Positions 50,483 through 58,511 of a stretch of 64,000 nt of DNA are shown one piece after another. This DNA is from a virus. The position numbers were made by a program, and so were the translations under genes. The stretch lies in IMG/VR virus record IMGVR_UViG_3300025057_000003, positions 51,585-115,584 of that record; one strand, written 5' to 3'. Under the pieces are notes generated by a model, which was given only the letters and a program-made list of their open reading frames with translations, was not told where the DNA came from and ran no database searches. The stretch's first letter is position 1. Every line of letters begins with the position of its first letter.

Positions 50483-50903
50483 AATCTTTGTATTTTTTTA
50501 TTATTTCATCATGTATTTCTAAATAAAATTTATCCCCATACTCTAGAAAAGTTTTCACTTTTCTACGAGAATAAAGTATAGTAGCATGATGAGAATTTAA
50601 AAATCTTGATACTTCACTTACACCAAAGCCTAGATCTTCACATGCTATGTATATATAACATTGTTTAATTGTAACCCATTCTCTCTTTCTAGTTTTTTTC
50701 TGTAAGTCAAGATACTTTATATACTTAGGATAATTAGTTGTTACATATTCAGAAAATAGATTCCACAAACCAGATAATGATACATATCCAGCTTCTTTCA
50801 CACTATTGCAATATACATACAGCGTTATACCGTATTTGTTAAACATTTCAGATTTAAAATCAACAATTTTATTGTCAATTTCTTCTTGTAATTCTATAAT
50901 CAT
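50436..50903 (-). CDS. DnaA C-terminal HTH-like DNA-binding protein
   Basis: RKREWVTIKQCYIYIA...SEVSRFLNSHHATILYSRRKV resembles Bac_DnaA_C. Confidence 0.7.
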   Translation of the reverse strand: MIIELQEEIDNKIVDFKSEMFNKYGITLYVYCNSVKEAGYVSLSGLWNLFSEYVTTNYPKYIKYLDLQKKTRKREWVTIKQCYIYIACEDLGFGVSEVSRFLNSHHATILYSRRKVKTFLEYGDKFYLEIHDEIIKKYKDYVRTISKNTEVRNNS

Positions 50904-50912
50904 AGTGAACTA

Positions 50913-50944
50913 TAAATTTAATAAATTTATATGATTTTACCAAG
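50913..50944 (-). promoter_or_regulatory. Bacteroidota sigma-type promoter
   Basis: CTTG-N20-TAAATTTA, ending 10 nt upstream of the ATG at 50903. Confidence 0.55.
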
Positions 50945-51635
50945 TTATTGGTTGATGATTTTGGGTCAATAAATGGCTGTTTATATTGTTAAATACATCC
51001 TTACAATCCCACTCTCCACCTTTATATGCAGCAGATGCTGGATGAGGTGTTTTGTATATTTTTTGATTATTAAGACGTAGTTGCCATTCTTCAGCTTTTT
51101 TGCCTAATAATGCAACAGCTAAATCTTTATTATTATTATTTATTGCTGATAGTATCATTTGAGTTATAGGCTTCCATACGTCATAATGACTACCAATTTT
51201 ACCTATTTCTACAGTAAATGCTGTGTTAAGCATTAAAACACCTTGTTTTGACCATCTACTAAGATCTGGATTCATGCTATCATACTGACTTCCATTTAGT
51301 GCTTTAAATATATAACGCAATGATGGTTGTAATTTCATTGTTTTACTACAACTAAAAGATATGCCATCTGCAACACCTAACTGTGGGTATGGATCTTGGC
51401 CAATTATTATAACTTTCAGCTGATCAAATGGACATTCTTCAAATGCTCTAAATATCTCAGATAATTTGGGTGTAAATCTCTGATCATTTTCTACATAAGA
51501 TTTTAGTTTATATATGCTAATCTCAAATGCTTCTGAATCAATTATAGGATCCATTATCTTGTTCCAACCACTGCTATTTAATTGTGTTTTGAACTTTTTT
51601 CTTATATTGTTTATGTTAATATCAATTTTATTCAT
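50937..51635 (-). CDS. ung: Uracil-DNA glycosylase (family 1)
   Basis: IIGQDPYP, GISFS, PSLRYI, QGVLMLN and HPASA motifs. Confidence 0.95.
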   Translation of the reverse strand: MNKIDININNIRKKFKTQLNSSGWNKIMDPIIDSEAFEISIYKLKSYVENDQRFTPKLSEIFRAFEECPFDQLKVIIIGQDPYPQLGVADGISFSCSKTMKLQPSLRYIFKALNGSQYDSMNPDLSRWSKQGVLMLNTAFTVEIGKIGSHYDVWKPITQMILSAINNNNKDLAVALLGKKAEEWQLRLNNQKIYKTPHPASAAYKGGEWDCKDVFNNINSHLLTQNHQPITW

Positions 51636-51662
51636 AAATTTATACTATTAAAGTTTATAATT

Positions 51663-52085
51663 ATGTCTGAGGAAAAAATACCAGTGCAAGATACATATGA
51701 TTTTACAAAGAACATTGAAGATATATCTTTGAGTACAACGTATATATTTGGTCTTGAACAGTTGATGGTATACTTTTTAATGAAGAAGGATGATCCTTCT
51801 GGAATTTCAGTAATGTTTGACAAATTTAATAAATATGTTGATGGCAAACTAGACACTGAAAAAGATCCATTCACAGAAGAAGAAGCTCATTTATATACAA
51901 TCTTTTCTTTACAACAGCTGTTAAAAGCTAAGGCTTATGAACAGGGTCTTAATATAAAAGTTAATGCTACTATAGATCAATCTTTAATAACTGAGCTTCT
52001 TAAGGCTACTGAGGCAAATGATTATGATAAATTTAATGAGATTAATAAAAAAATGCAGGATCAGCTTAATGAACAGTTATCTTAA
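51663..52085 (+). CDS. Hypothetical protein (lone + strand gene)
   Basis: Likely start at ATG 51663 (AATTATG), MSEEKIP..., 140 aa. Fills the gap exactly. Confidence 0.75.
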   Translation: MSEEKIPVQDTYDFTKNIEDISLSTTYIFGLEQLMVYFLMKKDDPSGISVMFDKFNKYVDGKLDTEKDPFTEEEAHLYTIFSLQQLLKAKAYEQGLNIKVNATIDQSLITELLKATEANDYDKFNEINKKMQDQLNEQLS

Positions 52086-52460
52086 TTGAATACCAAGATC
52101 ATCTCCTAATCTCACACACTCCTGGATACATAGATTTAAATCATCTTTATCACAGTCTGCAAAAGATTTACAATACTCTTGTTTATCCTTCATAAAACAT
52201 AGTCCAACATTACGTTTAACCATAAGTTTTACTTCTTCAAAGGTATAACCAAGATCATTTGCAATCTCTCTTATCATAACATGCAATCTTGCAAGTTGTG
52301 CATTACTACCTTTTCCGGTAGTTACACTTATAAACATTTCTAAATTTGCACCATCAGGTAAATCTTTTAAAAATGTATTGAATCTTGTTTGTTGAATTTT
52401 AGCAGGAAAATCAAGCTCTCCATCTTTAACAGAGAGCTTTAAAAATATATTATTCTTCAT
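52077..52460 (-). CDS. NinB-like recombination-associated protein
   Basis: SNAQLARLHVMIREIANDLGYTFEEVK...SFADC. Confidence 0.6.
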   Translation of the reverse strand: MKNNIFLKLSVKDGELDFPAKIQQTRFNTFLKDLPDGANLEMFISVTTGKGSNAQLARLHVMIREIANDLGYTFEEVKLMVKRNVGLCFMKDKQEYCKSFADCDKDDLNLCIQECVRLGDDLGIQLR

Positions 52461-52701
52461 TAGCTGCTTTTTCTAATATATTAAATAAAGCTTGGACTAC
52501 ACCAAAGTGTCTGAATTTAGTTGGTGTGTCTATAATATGTATAAACCAATCACCATCTGTAGTTTCATCATTTGAACAAGATAAAAATAATACACCGCTT
52601 ACATCTTTTGTATAATAATGGTAGTCATAACCATTGTCAGATTCTTCACTTAATATTGTTTGCTTTTCAAACTCTAATAATTCTAATTGTCTTTCAGTCA
52701 T
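52450..52701 (-). CDS. Hypothetical protein
   Basis: 83-aa ORF coupled to its neighbours. Confidence 0.7.
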   Translation of the reverse strand: MTERQLELLEFEKQTILSEESDNGYDYHYYTKDVSGVLFLSCSNDETTDGDWFIHIIDTPTKFRHFGVVQALFNILEKAANEE

Positions 52702-52964
52702 TTTAATAATTTATCAGTTTCTAAATTTACTTGATCTTCTGTCCAGTCAGGATACTTAACATGTAATAACTCATGCACTATATCCTCTTCAGTTAGATCT
52801 CTATCATGGTATATTACTGCATCTTTGGTAAAAGAATCATATTTAACTCCTATAAAGTAACAATCTTCTGGTGGACAATCACATAAAACCTGTTCATTAC
52901 TTAAGGGTTCTAATCTAACTGTCCAATCAGTTAACTCTAACTTCTTAAGCCATTTGTTAATCAT
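52698..52964 (-). CDS. Minimal HExxH zincin-like protein
   Basis: IVHELLHVKYP. Confidence 0.6.
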   Translation of the reverse strand: MINKWLKKLELTDWTVRLEPLSNEQVLCDCPPEDCYFIGVKYDSFTKDAVIYHDRDLTEEDIVHELLHVKYPDWTEDQVNLETDKLLK

Positions 52965-52975
52965 TTTTCTTTCTT

Positions 52976-53221
52976 TTAATCTAAACTTAAATTATAATTT
53001 TCTAGTAGTCTTCTAATCTCTTCTCTAATCTTATCAGCTGTTTCCATTTCTTCTGAGGATGCTGTTTGATTATGGTTAATAATTGAGTTTTGGTACTTAG
53101 CTATGCTTCTTAGTTCTTGGTCAAGGTCCCACATTGCTAGTTTCCATTTATAGCCATCCAATGCTGTTCTAGCATCTTCTGCCTCTTCTACTCCGTCAAA
53201 TTCTAGTGTTATTTTCATCAT
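52976..53221 (-). CDS. Hypothetical protein
   Basis: 81-aa ORF containing LAMWDLDQELR. Confidence 0.7.
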   Translation of the reverse strand: MMKITLEFDGVEEAEDARTALDGYKWKLAMWDLDQELRSIAKYQNSIINHNQTASSEEMETADKIREEIRRLLENYNLSLD

Positions 53222-53281
53222 TTTTCAGTTTATAATCTTACTTTATTACACTTTTTATCAGTCTTTAGCCTTACTTTTTAA

Positions 53282-53358
53282 AAAGACTTAACCACCTCAC
53301 TGTCTGCAGGTGCAAGAGATTACGGAGCTAATTGCATACATAATCTAGTTAAGCCTTT
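53282..53358 (-). ncRNA. Three-way-junction structured RNA candidate (unassigned)
   Basis: 12-bp outer stem with G-U pairs enclosing the hairpins AGAUUAUG/CGUAAUCU and ACCU/AGGU. Confidence 0.55.
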
Positions 53359-53699
53359 ATTCATCTTTGTTTTGGTTTAAATACTTTTTACAGATTCACC
53401 ACTTTGGTAAATACTATTTTACATTACTTGCCAGGAAATAAGTCCTCTAGTTTTTTCTCTAGTTTATCATCTCCAAACACCATAGCCACTAATACTAAGC
53501 ATAGAATACTCAGTATCACCACTAAAAATAACATAACCATACCAAATGCAAGATGTAAAATGAATTGTCCTACTGATTCAGACTCTAAGAGTTTCATGGC
53601 TCCCCATCCTATTCCATAAACCACTGCAATGTTGCAGATCATCCAGGTTAAATAACCCATTCCTAATAATATCTTATTCATCTTTGTTTTGATTTAAAT
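53357..53699. repeat. 26-bp direct repeat (53357-53382 and 53674-53699, 1 mismatch)
   Basis: TTATTCATCTTTGTTTTG(G/A)TTTAAAT; on the minus strand it contains an overlapping stop and start codon (GATGAATAA). Confidence 0.85.
53424..53681 (-). CDS. Two-TM membrane protein
   Basis: Two long hydrophobic segments; the start codon lies in the 26-bp repeat. Confidence 0.7.
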   Translation of the reverse strand: MNKILLGMGYLTWMICNIAVVYGIGWGAMKLLESESVGQFILHLAFGMVMLFLVVILSILCLVLVAMVFGDDKLEKKLEDLFPGK

Positions 53700-53826
53700 C
53701 TTCAAACTCTAAAAGTTGATTTATTTTATACTCAAACTCTTCCTGCATATGTTCTATATCATACACCTTTTTACCATCTTCATCTACATACCAGCAGATA
53801 TGAATTTCTATTATATCTTCATTCAT
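53674..53826 (-). CDS. Small acidic protein (50 aa, not in ORF track)
   Basis: MNEDIIEIHICWYVDEDGKKVYDIEHMQEEFE...NQNKDE*. Confidence 0.65.
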   Translation of the reverse strand: MNEDIIEIHICWYVDEDGKKVYDIEHMQEEFEYKINQLLEFEDLNQNKDE

Positions 53827-53935
53827 CTTTTTTTAGTTTAATTAAACGTTTTTCACAACAATTAAGTATTTTACATTATATGCTTTTGCATTGAATAGTG
53901 CAGTTAAGTACACTTTTATATGCTTTTGCACATAA

Positions 53936-54352
53936 CTATAAGTTTTCTTTTTCTGCACCAAGTGCAGTCTTTACAACTTTACCTCTTAACGGTTTAACAA
54001 AATCATATATAATACGAGCTTCTAGTTCTGCCCAAGATATTATATCTTCTTCTTTATTTTTTATATCATAGTCATATTTCCATAACCCATGATGCATGCA
54101 TTCATGAAATATTAAAAGTGTAGTTTGCACATCAGTTTTACAACGTGACAAATTTATATAAATAAACCTTTTGTTAGGATCATTAGGATCTTCATTAGTA
54201 AGTCCTGCTATATATGATCCATCTCCTGTATATTCTTTACACTTTTTAAGTGAAAGACCGTGCATTTCAGTCACATCAAAATAATCAAATAAATCACAGG
54301 GGTCATAGCTTAATAATAAACTATAATCCCCCATTCTTATTGACATTATCAT
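53936..54352 (-). CDS. HExxH zincin-like protein
   Basis: FIYINL...IFHECMHH...KEEDIISWAE. Confidence 0.65.
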   Translation of the reverse strand: MIMSIRMGDYSLLLSYDPCDLFDYFDVTEMHGLSLKKCKEYTGDGSYIAGLTNEDPNDPNKRFIYINLSRCKTDVQTTLLIFHECMHHGLWKYDYDIKNKEEDIISWAELEARIIYDFVKPLRGKVVKTALGAEKENL

Positions 54353-54353
54353 A

Positions 54354-54923
54354 TTAGTATAATTTAGTTAAAGACTCACTTGTTAAAATGAATAACTTGG
54401 CTTTTAGGCCACATTTCTTAAATGTTTGATTTACCCATGTATTACAAGTGTTTAGAAAATAGTATGATCCATTTGCTTCATAAAAATTATCACGTATTCT
54501 AATTCTATTGCCAAAAGCATCATGTTTCATTTTATTTTCTATTTCATATTTTAGTTGAATTAGCTGCTCATCAGTAACTTTTACAGTTTTCCAATTTGAA
54601 TCTTTATAAAAGTACTCAGTAATCCGCATACAGGATGCAGGTTGTGTAAATAAAGCTTTAAATCCAACATTATATGTTAAATCATCCCATGTGGGTACAT
54701 CCATGAAGAATATTTTAGATCCCCAGCCATAAGCTACGTATCTATCATCTTCTGGAATAATTATATCTATATGCATACCATTATCATAAAGATAAACTTC
54801 ACGATCTCCGTTGCTATATTCACCTACCGGTATATAATGCAATGTAAATACTACTAAGCTTGCTATTCCCGTTGATAAAAGTGCTATTAATATGAATTTC
54901 AGTAATTTTTTCAATATTTTCAT
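54354..54923 (-). CDS. DUF2459-like permuted papain/NlpC-type protein, membrane anchored
   Basis: N-terminal TM, NGMHIDIIIP, YGWG and YYFLNTCNTWVNQ. Confidence 0.75.
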   Translation of the reverse strand: MKILKKLLKFILIALLSTGIASLVVFTLHYIPVGEYSNGDREVYLYDNGMHIDIIIPEDDRYVAYGWGSKIFFMDVPTWDDLTYNVGFKALFTQPASCMRITEYFYKDSNWKTVKVTDEQLIQLKYEIENKMKHDAFGNRIRIRDNFYEANGSYYFLNTCNTWVNQTFKKCGLKAKLFILTSESLTKLY

Positions 54924-54940
54924 TACGTTTGGTTTGGTGG

Positions 54941-55162
54941 CTATTTAAATCTTACAGTGTTATCATCTATTTTAATAAATTCATATCCACATTTTGTACA
55001 TGATAGATCTACTGAACTATATTGAACCAGTTTATCTTTCATACAATTTGGACATAATATATTTGTGGGTGATGTAACATCATTTATTTCACGCATGTAT
55101 TCTGTATACTTTTCTGGATTTTGTTCCAGTTGTTGCATGAAAAGTTCTTTCATTCTTCCCAT
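54941..55162 (-). CDS. Small Zn-ribbon protein
   Basis: MGRMKELFM N-terminus; CPNC...CTKCG. Confidence 0.7.
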   Translation of the reverse strand: MGRMKELFMQQLEQNPEKYTEYMREINDVTSPTNILCPNCMKDKLVQYSSVDLSCTKCGYEFIKIDDNTVRFK

Positions 55163-55428
55163 TATTCTATTTCTGCATTTAATTTATGCACTAACAATTG
55201 TGCTTTAATAGGTATTAAATCTAAAAGGTCACCTGTTTTAACTGAGCATTTACCATTATTGTGTACAATATTAGCACACTGCTCTGCTTGTATAGGTGTA
55301 TGATCACAATACAACACAAGACATGTTATAACATGTTCAAATGTGTTGACATCATCATTATATAAAATGATAGATTTCTTATCACTCAATGCACTCTTAA
55401 GATTTTCTTCTAATTCTTTTACATTCAT
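55162..55428 (-). CDS. clpS: ATP-dependent Clp protease adaptor ClpS
   Basis: IILYNDDVNTFEHVI...AEQCANIVHNNGKCSVKTG. Confidence 0.92.
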   Translation of the reverse strand: MNVKELEENLKSALSDKKSIILYNDDVNTFEHVITCLVLYCDHTPIQAEQCANIVHNNGKCSVKTGDLLDLIPIKAQLLVHKLNAEIE

Positions 55429-55443
55429 AATAATTAAGAATTT

Positions 55444-55507
55444 GCGGGGGAAAACTTGCCTTACAGTCTCCCCTATTTATTCAGTGATCTGGCCTACTGA
55501 AACCCGC
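55444..55507 (-). ncRNA. Three-way-junction RNA motif, copy B (unassigned)
   Basis: GCGGG-UU-UCAGU[AGGCCAGAUC]ACUGA-AUAAAUAG-GGGAGAC[UGUAAGGCAA]GUUUUCC-CCCGC. Confidence 0.7.
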
Positions 55508-55516
55508 TAATTCAAC

Positions 55517-56617
55517 TTAAGTATTTAAAGGATTAAAATATTGTATTTTACTCTGATCAAATGTTTTTAGTGCGTCTTCAACCCATTTCTCATCCTGAGT
55601 GCCTTTATAACATAATATATGACACACAGCTTGTTGATCTGGTGATAAACGTAGTAGTCTACCTATTCTTTGTGCACTTTTCCTATTATTACCATAAGCA
55701 TGCATAATAATACCTTGACGCAGATTAGGAATAGATATACCCTCACTGAGCTGTAATACACAAGATAGTTTATCAATTCTTCCATCACTAAATAATTCTA
55801 AGTTTTCTTCTGACTTTGAGTTCCCAGAATGGTAACTATGTTTACACATTCTATCTGCTTGAGCCTGCGTATTTGCAAATATAATACACTTACTACTTAT
55901 GTTGTTTAACATTCCTTTTAAGTATTCTTCTTTAGTCTTATATTCCATTAAACCACGCATTCTCATAATTGCAGCCATTTGTTGCTGCTTTGCACTTAGG
56001 GCATCTCTACAACGGTTAGTTAAATAACCATAGTCTAGTGCTTCTGATGTATACCATACACCCCCATTTTTGGATTTCTTTGCTAAATCTTTAATTTTAG
56101 ATAATTCCAGTTGATGAATAATTATTTTATAATCATTTAAGATATTGCTATCTGTAGCTTCATCTACGGAAAACTCAAATATAATAGGGCAGTATTTATT
56201 TACCATTTTATATTTAACTGAAGATTTTCTTGCTGGTGGAGTACCAGTTAAACCTAGTATTTTACCATTAAACTGATCTAAAAACTCTTCATGAGACTCT
56301 AATAAACTATGACATTCATCTAGATAGACTATATCATATTCTTTAGGATCTTGTTTATTAAGAGATAAATAAGTTGTAAATGTAAAATGACTTTCTAATG
56401 CAGTTAATTCCATCTTCTCAAGCTCATCTAACCATGCATCTTTAACTGATAATTTTGGTATAACAACCAAAGCCCGTATAAAGGAGTTATAATTTTTCTG
56501 GAAATGCTGTATAGCAATTCTAGTTTTACCAACTCCCATTGAAATCCCTAAGCCACAGCGTTTGTGACTTAGGGTTTTCTCTAAAGCTTCCTGTTGTACT
56601 TTTTCTCTATTTGACAT
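55517..56617 (-). CDS. Superfamily 2 (DExH) helicase
   Basis: MGVGKT, LDECH, LTGTP, EGISIP and QRIGRLLR motifs. Likely start at ATG 56617. Confidence 0.9.
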   Translation of the reverse strand: MSNREKVQQEALEKTLSHKRCGLGISMGVGKTRIAIQHFQKNYNSFIRALVVIPKLSVKDAWLDELEKMELTALESHFTFTTYLSLNKQDPKEYDIVYLDECHSLLESHEEFLDQFNGKILGLTGTPPARKSSVKYKMVNKYCPIIFEFSVDEATDSNILNDYKIIIHQLELSKIKDLAKKSKNGGVWYTSEALDYGYLTNRCRDALSAKQQQMAAIMRMRGLMEYKTKEEYLKGMLNNISSKCIIFANTQAQADRMCKHSYHSGNSKSEENLELFSDGRIDKLSCVLQLSEGISIPNLRQGIIMHAYGNNRKSAQRIGRLLRLSPDQQAVCHILCYKGTQDEKWVEDALKTFDQSKIQYFNPLNT

Positions 56618-57314
56618 AATATTTAAAATCATAATATGCATTGTACTCAAAAGTACAATCTTTTTGCATCTTTTTGATCATATCATCTGTAAGCCTATAT
56701 GCTTCAGTTGGAGCATAATAGCTTGCAAAATTTTCCGCTTGTGGGCCAGCTCCAATATTATGTATAACCAAATACTCATTAGTACCTTCTATACGTATAT
56801 TGCTTACTATTCCCGTGTGTCCGGCACCAATTTGATCCCAGAATAAAATATCACCAGGTTTATATTTACCATTTGCTGGTATCTTTGCACCTAGACCTGT
56901 AAGATAGGTCTGGATATTTTGAGTTCTTCTATGATCAATATTTCTATCTATAGTTTTTGTACGATATCTTTTATTATAATCAGATAACCTTAATTTCATA
57001 TCTTCATGAATTAATTCTTGTAAATCAATATCAATACATCTTAAAGCTCTGATTACAACATCAGTACAAACACCTTGTTGGTATCCAGGATCACCTCCTG
57101 GATATCCAATCTTAACCCAACTTCCATCATAAACAGTATTATGTTTAGTTTGTAACTCAGCATGATAAGCAGCTTTTTCTAAACTTGGTATACTATCTGT
57201 TCTTATTAACTGATTTAAAGTATATCTAGTGGGTCTATCATTTTCATCTACATGTGAACATGCTACTGCATTAAATCCTATTACTATTAATGACAATAAA
57301 ATTAACTTTTTCAT
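56607..57314 (-). CDS. DUF1287 (YijF-like) NlpC/P60-type lipoprotein
   Basis: Lipobox AVAC; YPGGD...GVCTDVVIRALR, NIDHRR, GHTGIVS and IHNIGAG. Confidence 0.85.
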   Translation of the reverse strand: MKKLILLSLIVIGFNAVACSHVDENDRPTRYTLNQLIRTDSIPSLEKAAYHAELQTKHNTVYDGSWVKIGYPGGDPGYQQGVCTDVVIRALRCIDIDLQELIHEDMKLRLSDYNKRYRTKTIDRNIDHRRTQNIQTYLTGLGAKIPANGKYKPGDILFWDQIGAGHTGIVSNIRIEGTNEYLVIHNIGAGPQAENFASYYAPTEAYRLTDDMIKKMQKDCTFEYNAYYDFKYYVK

Positions 57315-57320
57315 AATTTT

Positions 57321-57590
57321 TTATTTTACTAGTTCTTGAATTTCCTCAGACTTAAGTTTTATATATTCTAACCAGTCTTGGGATTTATCTCCTTGTTTAA
57401 TGTTTTCAACATAATATCTTATGTCATCTAAACCTTCTTCTATATAATAAGCATCCTCATCACTCAAGCATTCTCCATTGATGCATTGTTTATGTACAAA
57501 AATTGTTTCTGTTTTTTTTATACCAACACCTGCACCAAAACCAAAAATAGCTGCTATGATTATACTTAGCATAAACATTATCTTTTTCAT
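57321..57590 (-). CDS. Membrane-anchored hypothetical protein
   Basis: N-terminal signal/TM segment. Confidence 0.65.
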   Translation of the reverse strand: MKKIMFMLSIIIAAIFGFGAGVGIKKTETIFVHKQCINGECLSDEDAYYIEEGLDDIRYYVENIKQGDKSQDWLEYIKLKSEEIQELVK

Positions 57591-57597
57591 AATTCTA

Positions 57598-58242
57598 TTA
57601 TTTATAAATCCACATAAGAGTAGATTTTGTTTGACTTTTTAATAATTCATCTACATAACGAAAGTTATTATCTGATATAGCAGGACAACCCCATCCTTCT
57701 GGAGTACCAGCAGGATAAGTTTCTTGATCATCAATTGCACTCCAAGAATGAAATACAACATCTCTTTTACATGCGTTAGAATTAGTTTTTTCTAAACCGT
57801 GTAAAAGATATTTAGTGTGAACACCAAACATGCTGTAACCTCTTTCTCCAATCTTATATTTACCTAAAGAAGATAAATGACTGTCTTGAACATTACTAAA
57901 GCTTGGACTATCTTTGCTATCATCTAATGACCATCCATTTTCACCACATCCATGACTAACTAAACACTCTCTAATAATTAGACCTTTGTTTAAATCATAT
58001 ACAAAGAATCTATCTTTACCAGAATGAATACTCATATCAATAAGAATACAAAAGTCTGTATTCATATTATTTTCTAAACAATATTTTTTTGCTTCTGCAG
58101 CTTTCTCTGTTAATTCCTTATTTTCTGATATAATGTTTTGTTTTGTTAGATCTATTTTACTCATACTATAGCCAGCAAATATTATTATAGAGCATGTGAT
58201 AATAAAAATAAATGCGGCTATTCCTTTTATTAAATTTTTCAT
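57598..58242 (-). CDS. Murein L,D-transpeptidase catalytic domain protein (YkuD_2-like)
   Basis: IDMSIHSGKDRF, VSHGCG, SSLGKY, LHGLE and VFHSW...GWGCPA. Confidence 0.88.
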   Translation of the reverse strand: MKNLIKGIAAFIFIITCSIIIFAGYSMSKIDLTKQNIISENKELTEKAAEAKKYCLENNMNTDFCILIDMSIHSGKDRFFVYDLNKGLIIRECLVSHGCGENGWSLDDSKDSPSFSNVQDSHLSSLGKYKIGERGYSMFGVHTKYLLHGLEKTNSNACKRDVVFHSWSAIDDQETYPAGTPEGWGCPAISDNNFRYVDELLKSQTKSTLMWIYK

Positions 58243-58511
58243 TCTTTTTTACTTCTTGATATACTAAATCCTAACTCTTTTGCATCTTCAGGATTTACTT
58301 CTATCCAATTATGGCAATTTCTACATACTGATAACCAGGTACTTACATCTAATAGATATTTTCCCCTACCTTTTTTGTGATGTACATCTGTAGATCTTAA
58401 TGTACATCTATTAATCTTTGCTTGACACATGGGATGTTCAGCAAGCCACGTTTTACGCAGCTTACTGTATTCCCTCTGTTCTTGTGCTAACTTTGTGCTA
58501 ACTTTCTTCAT
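58239..58511 (-). CDS. Small HNH-like nuclease
   Basis: CQAK..C...DVHHKKGR...VCRNCHNWI. Confidence 0.75.
   Translation of the reverse strand: MKKVSTKLAQEQREYSKLRKTWLAEHPMCQAKINRCTLRSTDVHHKKGRGKYLLDVSTWLSVCRNCHNWIEVNPEDAKELGFSISRSKKE

Noticed and set aside
53357-53930. CRISPR mini-array
   Set aside because: There are only two good repeat copies, 317 bp apart and separated by a gene. The repeats are non-palindromic and contain start/stop codons.
46743-55507. Hammerhead, pistol or purine riboswitch identity for the two-copy RNA motif
   Set aside because: There is no CUGAnGA core. The pistol-like AUAAAUAG linker is present in only one copy. The purine-riboswitch junction (UUUCUAC) is absent and the loop order is reversed.
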